From NCBI GenBank assembly GCA_023267855.1, contig JALNLN010000006.1:111-64110 (forward strand): a stretch of DNA of 64,000 nt, read 5' to 3'. Origin of the DNA: Candidatus Geocrenenecus dongiae. Its GTDB lineage: Archaea > Thermoproteota > Nitrososphaeria_A > Caldarchaeales > Wolframiiraptoraceae. Positions 60,440 to 64,000 of this stretch are shown here, one piece after another. Each line of letters starts with the position of its first letter. Position 1 is the first letter of the stretch. The notes under the pieces are model-generated. The model was not told the DNA's origin and did not search any database. It saw nothing but the letters and a program-made list of their open reading frames with translations. The position numbers and the translations under genes were made by a program.

Positions 60440-63220
60440 CTAACGTGAAGTTATATTTACGTAATGGAGTTCTACTATACCTTCATTTATGAGAATAACG
60501 CCTAGTTTAACTATTCCATCTTCAGTCCAGAGGAGTACACGTTTAACATCATACTTCTCGATCCAGCTATCTAGCAATTTCTCTATCTCTAGTGTATACT
60601 CTTCTATGGATGTGTATGATATGTTTCCTTCACCAAACTCTAGGTGGGCATTTATCTTTTCTGGAAATACTACTTTCAAATTCTTCTTCTCAACTATCTT
60701 GATTGTAATGTCTATTATGCTGGTTGCATTCATTATTGATGGTGTTGTTGTTACCCCTCTTAGAGTTTTCAAGTAGTTTATGAAAGCTTCTCTAATACTA
60801 TTTCCCAGTGCTACATAGTAACTTCCAGTAAATTCTGCTCCAACAACAGCTATTGTCCCGAGCTGTGTTATAACTCCTGTAGCACCAGCTGGGCTTGTAT
60901 AAACAGGTATAACGTAAACTATGTGTTCACCTATATTGTAGAGTATGATCTCACCTATTCTGGGATTCTCTAAGAGGGTTTGAAGTTTCTTAAATTCTGG
61001 ATATCTTTCAAGTGCTTCTCTTGCTGCTGAAGGTCCTAGAAGCTTCTTCTCAGAATCTTGTGGAACATAGTAAAATATTTTCTCACCTAGATATGGATAA
61101 TCGTTCCTAATAATCATGAATCCTGCTAGATTTCTTCCAGGCGATCCTCTAATCTGGAGTGAGAGTATTCCAAGAAATTCTGGTTTCTCGAAACCCTGAG
61201 GTTGAGTTATTATGTAGTATGTGTAGAGTCCCTTAGGTATTTCATAAAATTCTCTAGCCTGTATATATACTGAAACATCGTCCATGTGATAGTTGTTGAA
61301 GACTTCAACCTGGTACTCGAAGACTTCCATAGGATATCTTGTCTGATTGTAAAGCCATGTTGGTACATCTTCTAAGATTACTTCAGGATAATTCATCTTT
61401 ATGATCTTACTTACGAAATCTGAACCAGTTATTATGAGTCTTATTGTCCCATCATAAACATCTATAAGTGCATATCCTATAAATCTCACATAACTATTAC
61501 CTTTACTCCATGGAACATGTTCTCCTTTTAGTTCCACTATTAGAGGCATAAGCCAGTAAGTTCTCTCACCATCTGTTACTGGAAACATGTCAACGTAATC
61601 TGTTCCCCAGGTGTATACAAAGTATGGGAACAGCAAGCTCATTCTACTGTAAACATCTCTATATCTAATTATCTTTATTGTTTTATCTGGATACGAGAAG
61701 AAGAAGATTGGGTCGTAAAGCCACGTTATTGGAGGGGAGATAACGATCCCGCCTTGCCCAGCATATCTCGTACCCGTTATTTCATCACTTTCTTCTTTAT
61801 CTAATATTATCGCCGCCCACGTTGTTTCAATCAGTCCTCCTTCACCATAATATATTCTTCTCTGCTTGAAGAATATTGATGAATCAACCATCGTCCCGTT
61901 ACTCGCATCTAGAAGTAGAAAACCGTTTGGGACATGAGTATAAACTAGATGTTGATTATACCATATGTCAGCAGCTTTTACAGAGACCGGTAATATAGGT
62001 TTCATAGAAGCACTCCAATACAATCTACCATTAAATCTAAGTATGTCTGAATCTTCAAAATCTACATAAGGTATTAAGCCTATCTCTGGCTTCATCTTCG
62101 TGAAAGCTGCTTCCCAATCCCAAAGTCTAATAATGTCTAAGTAATCTTCAAATCTAGAGATGTCAGTTTCAATAGGAGTATTTTTTACGTACTCTTGAAA
62201 TATGTAACGTACCTTCTTTACATTCTCTATATCTGCTAGATACCTGTTCACCGTTATCTCCTGCTTAACGTAAGGTCCATACCACTCGATCTTCCTAGCA
62301 TCCGCTATACTATTCTGTATAGTTACCACTGAGAATACCGTTAAAATGATGAGTATTGTTGCTCCTATCTTTATAGTGTGTGCGTAGAGAAAACCTGTTT
62401 TCTTCTTATCTAAAAAGAGGAACAAAACCATGAGAAGAGATACCGTAAATGATCCTATTATCAGAACCTTAGTATTATAGTCTATATAATTGGAGAAGAA
62501 TAATGTGAACCCTATCCATGCTGAAGCTATAGCTATGAGTGCTTCTATTGCTTTTACTGGAAGTATAAGTACGTTTGTCTCAAGGTAACGTACCACGATC
62601 TTAGAGATTTCTTTAACGAGTAGTGTCATACCGATTATAAATACTAGTCTTACAGTTAGAGCTGTGATTAATGGAGGAACTATCAACAATAGTAGTGGTG
62701 ATGTGTTGATGACGACCTGGGCTGGGGTAACATCATAGGATGATATAGGCATGAAGGGTAATTTGAATATCTCTGGAAGATAAGTTAATCCTAGATCTAG
62801 ACCACCTATAGCTCCAGTAATAACCATACCGAAGAAAGCATTACCAAAAAAGACAGCTCCTATCAATGTCTTTGTTACCTGCCATGCGATGAATCTACCT
62901 ACAGTGAGCTTGAAAGCTGAAAAATCCAGATCCCTCGATCTTAGATATCTCTCCCAAAATACTAACACAAATATTCTTATAAACCAGAATACTAGAGATG
63001 GTCTATTCTTAAAATCTAGTCTAAAGAATGCTATGAAGGAGAGAACAAGTCCGCCGATGAGAGAATAATAGTATGGTTTGATGAAAAGTTCTCCAAATTC
63101 CCAGAAATTCAACATTACTTGAAGTATCTGGTTTAAAGAGAAAGTTAATACGATGAGTAGTATGATTATTAGTAAGATTGTTCTTCTACGACTTATTCGT
63201 CTAGGACTACTGTAATACAT
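60440..63220 (-). CDS. Large membrane protein, UPF0182-like
   Basis: 926 aa. About 7 N-terminal TM helices, then a large extracytoplasmic beta-rich domain and a C-terminal region. Family assignment is from overall architecture only. Confidence 0.45.
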   Translation of the reverse strand: MYYSSPRRISRRRTILLIIILLIVLTFSLNQILQVMLNFWEFGELFIKPYYYSLIGGLVLSFIAFFRLDFKNRPSLVFWFIRIFVLVFWERYLRSRDLDFSAFKLTVGRFIAWQVTKTLIGAVFFGNAFFGMVITGAIGGLDLGLTYLPEIFKLPFMPISSYDVTPAQVVINTSPLLLLIVPPLITALTVRLVFIIGMTLLVKEISKIVVRYLETNVLILPVKAIEALIAIASAWIGFTLFFSNYIDYNTKVLIIGSFTVSLLMVLFLFLDKKKTGFLYAHTIKIGATILIILTVFSVVTIQNSIADARKIEWYGPYVKQEITVNRYLADIENVKKVRYIFQEYVKNTPIETDISRFEDYLDIIRLWDWEAAFTKMKPEIGLIPYVDFEDSDILRFNGRLYWSASMKPILPVSVKAADIWYNQHLVYTHVPNGFLLLDASNGTMVDSSIFFKQRRIYYGEGGLIETTWAAIILDKEESDEITGTRYAGQGGIVISPPITWLYDPIFFFSYPDKTIKIIRYRDVYSRMSLLFPYFVYTWGTDYVDMFPVTDGERTYWLMPLIVELKGEHVPWSKGNSYVRFIGYALIDVYDGTIRLIITGSDFVSKIIKMNYPEVILEDVPTWLYNQTRYPMEVFEYQVEVFNNYHMDDVSVYIQAREFYEIPKGLYTYYIITQPQGFEKPEFLGILSLQIRGSPGRNLAGFMIIRNDYPYLGEKIFYYVPQDSEKKLLGPSAAREALERYPEFKKLQTLLENPRIGEIILYNIGEHIVYVIPVYTSPAGATGVITQLGTIAVVGAEFTGSYYVALGNSIREAFINYLKTLRGVTTTPSIMNATSIIDITIKIVEKKNLKVVFPEKINAHLEFGEGNISYTSIEEYTLEIEKLLDSWIEKYDVKRVLLWTEDGIVKLGVILINEGIVELHYVNITSR

Positions 63221-63283
63221 CTTCAGAAATTATCTCTAAAGAGTATCTGATAAATCTATCTAAAATCTTCACTACATAACTTA

Positions 63284-64000
63284 CTAGCTAAGTCTACGTA
63301 TGGGTTCAGCATCATTCCACAAATAGTTAAAGTAGTCTTTTGCGAATTTAGCTAATCCGACATGGTCAGACCATATTGCAAAACTTATACCGCTTCTCTC
63401 TTCTCCTAGAAGCAGTATTACTTCTCTTGAATCTGCTATCAATCCTCCTCCAAACATCTGCTCCTTAAACCTAACTTCAGCTATTTCACTAAATTTCTTA
63501 ACTAAACTCTGACTCACATCTTTAGACAACATTATCTTTACGACCCCCCCTCTATTAACGATATAAGCAAGATGTGGAAAGAATATTGCTGACAGTTCTT
63601 TAGTTATTAAAGGTGCTGCTACGAGCAGTTCTCTCTCACAATTTGAGAGTAGATTTTTAATCTTAGCGATTATGTTTTCCTCCCCCCTAAGTATCCAGAT
63701 GTCATGCTTCTCCTTGAAACCTCTTCCTTCAAATATTGGGAGGAGTTCAGATAGTACTACTTCTTCATATTCTCTTAATTCTTTCTCTATCTTAGCTCTA
63801 CATGTTTCTAGAGCTGTTACTGGAGATTTAGGATAGTAGTGTGCAGGTCTACCTCCTTCAGTTCCAACCCACCCCTTCTTCTCTAAACTCTCTAAGACTT
63901 CGTAAATCTTAGAGTATGGGACATCTGCTAATTCACTAAGCTTACTTGCAGTAAGTTCTCCATTTTCAAGTAATGTTTTATAGACTTTTATCTCATAATC
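63284..64000 (-). CDS. TrmB-family transcriptional regulator, N-terminus runs off the window
   Basis: The reading frame is open from 64000 down to the stop at 63284. N-terminal wHTH (LSELADVPYSKIYEVLESLEKKGWV) and a C-terminal TrmB-like domain. The track lists only the 82-aa piece from an internal ATG. Confidence 0.7.
   Translation of the reverse strand, partial: DYEIKVYKTLLENGELTASKLSELADVPYSKIYEVLESLEKKGWVGTEGGRPAHYYPKSPVTALETCRAKIEKELREYEEVVLSELLPIFEGRGFKEKHDIWILRGEENIIAKIKNLLSNCERELLVAAPLITKELSAIFFPHLAYIVNRGGVVKIMLSKDVSQSLVKKFSEIAEVRFKEQMFGGGLIADSREVILLLGEERSGISFAIWSDHVGLAKFAKDYFNYLWNDAEPIRRLS

Noticed and set aside
1-64000. CRISPR arrays, IS elements, integrases or other mobile-element hallmarks
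   Set aside because: Reading all intergenic regions showed no regularly spaced direct repeats. No transposase, integrase or recombinase-like ORF is present, and there are no terminal inverted repeats. The largest gaps are ordinary AT-rich promoter or terminator regions.

Overview
This window is a compact archaeal chromosomal segment, about 35% GC and roughly 90% coding, and looks like a thermophilic crenarchaeote (TACK) genome. Three things point to an archaeon: ribosomal proteins L30e and S26e, tRNAs with the archaeal T-arm/acceptor-stem architecture (one carrying a 30-nt intron at the canonical position), and an arginine-decarboxylase-type SAM decarboxylase paralog. The unsplit 1119-aa rpoB points to Crenarchaeota/TACK. 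The proteins are rich in Glu/Lys/Ile and arginine is encoded mostly by AGA/AGG, which fits a thermophile.

The core of the window is the RNA-polymerase/ribosomal 'rpo' operon: rpoB, rpoA, rpl30e, nusA, rps12, rps7 and tuf. Metabolic genes interrupt it at three junctions, and rpoH is missing upstream while rps10 is missing downstream.

The rest is housekeeping and accessory metabolism:
- Elp3 followed by two GT-C membrane glycosyltransferases.
- PPDK, a TPP enzyme, an iron alcohol dehydrogenase and an SCP2 protein.
- A nucleoside-type BMP ABC transporter with a cytosine-deaminase-like amidohydrolase and carbamate kinase.
- pstSCAB-phoU with an AbrB-PhoU regulator.
- The archaeal HMG-CoA synthase / thiolase / DUF35 trio.
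- Succinyl-CoA synthetase, heme O synthase, a 521-aa radical SAM enzyme, site-2 protease, a KaiC-like ATPase, an Etf/FixABCX module, a 926-aa membrane protein and a TrmB regulator.
- Two tRNAs: Leu-CAA with an intron, and Glu-UUC.

I found no CRISPR array, no mobile element and no obvious defense island.

The most notable observations are:
1. rpoA' and rpoA'' form one continuous 1273-aa ORF, and the junction sits exactly in an A6 homopolymer at what would otherwise be a canonical ATGA stop/start overlap.
2. A 473-aa tandem-duplicated ThyX-like protein whose first half has lost the RHR phosphate-binding motif.
3. An HD-domain hydrolase wedged between rps12 and rps7.

The supplied ORF track translates TTG/GTG starts as M, so several N-termini are over-extended. 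I corrected a start where an ATG or TTG with a Shine-Dalgarno-like GGAGG motif and homology support a shorter form.
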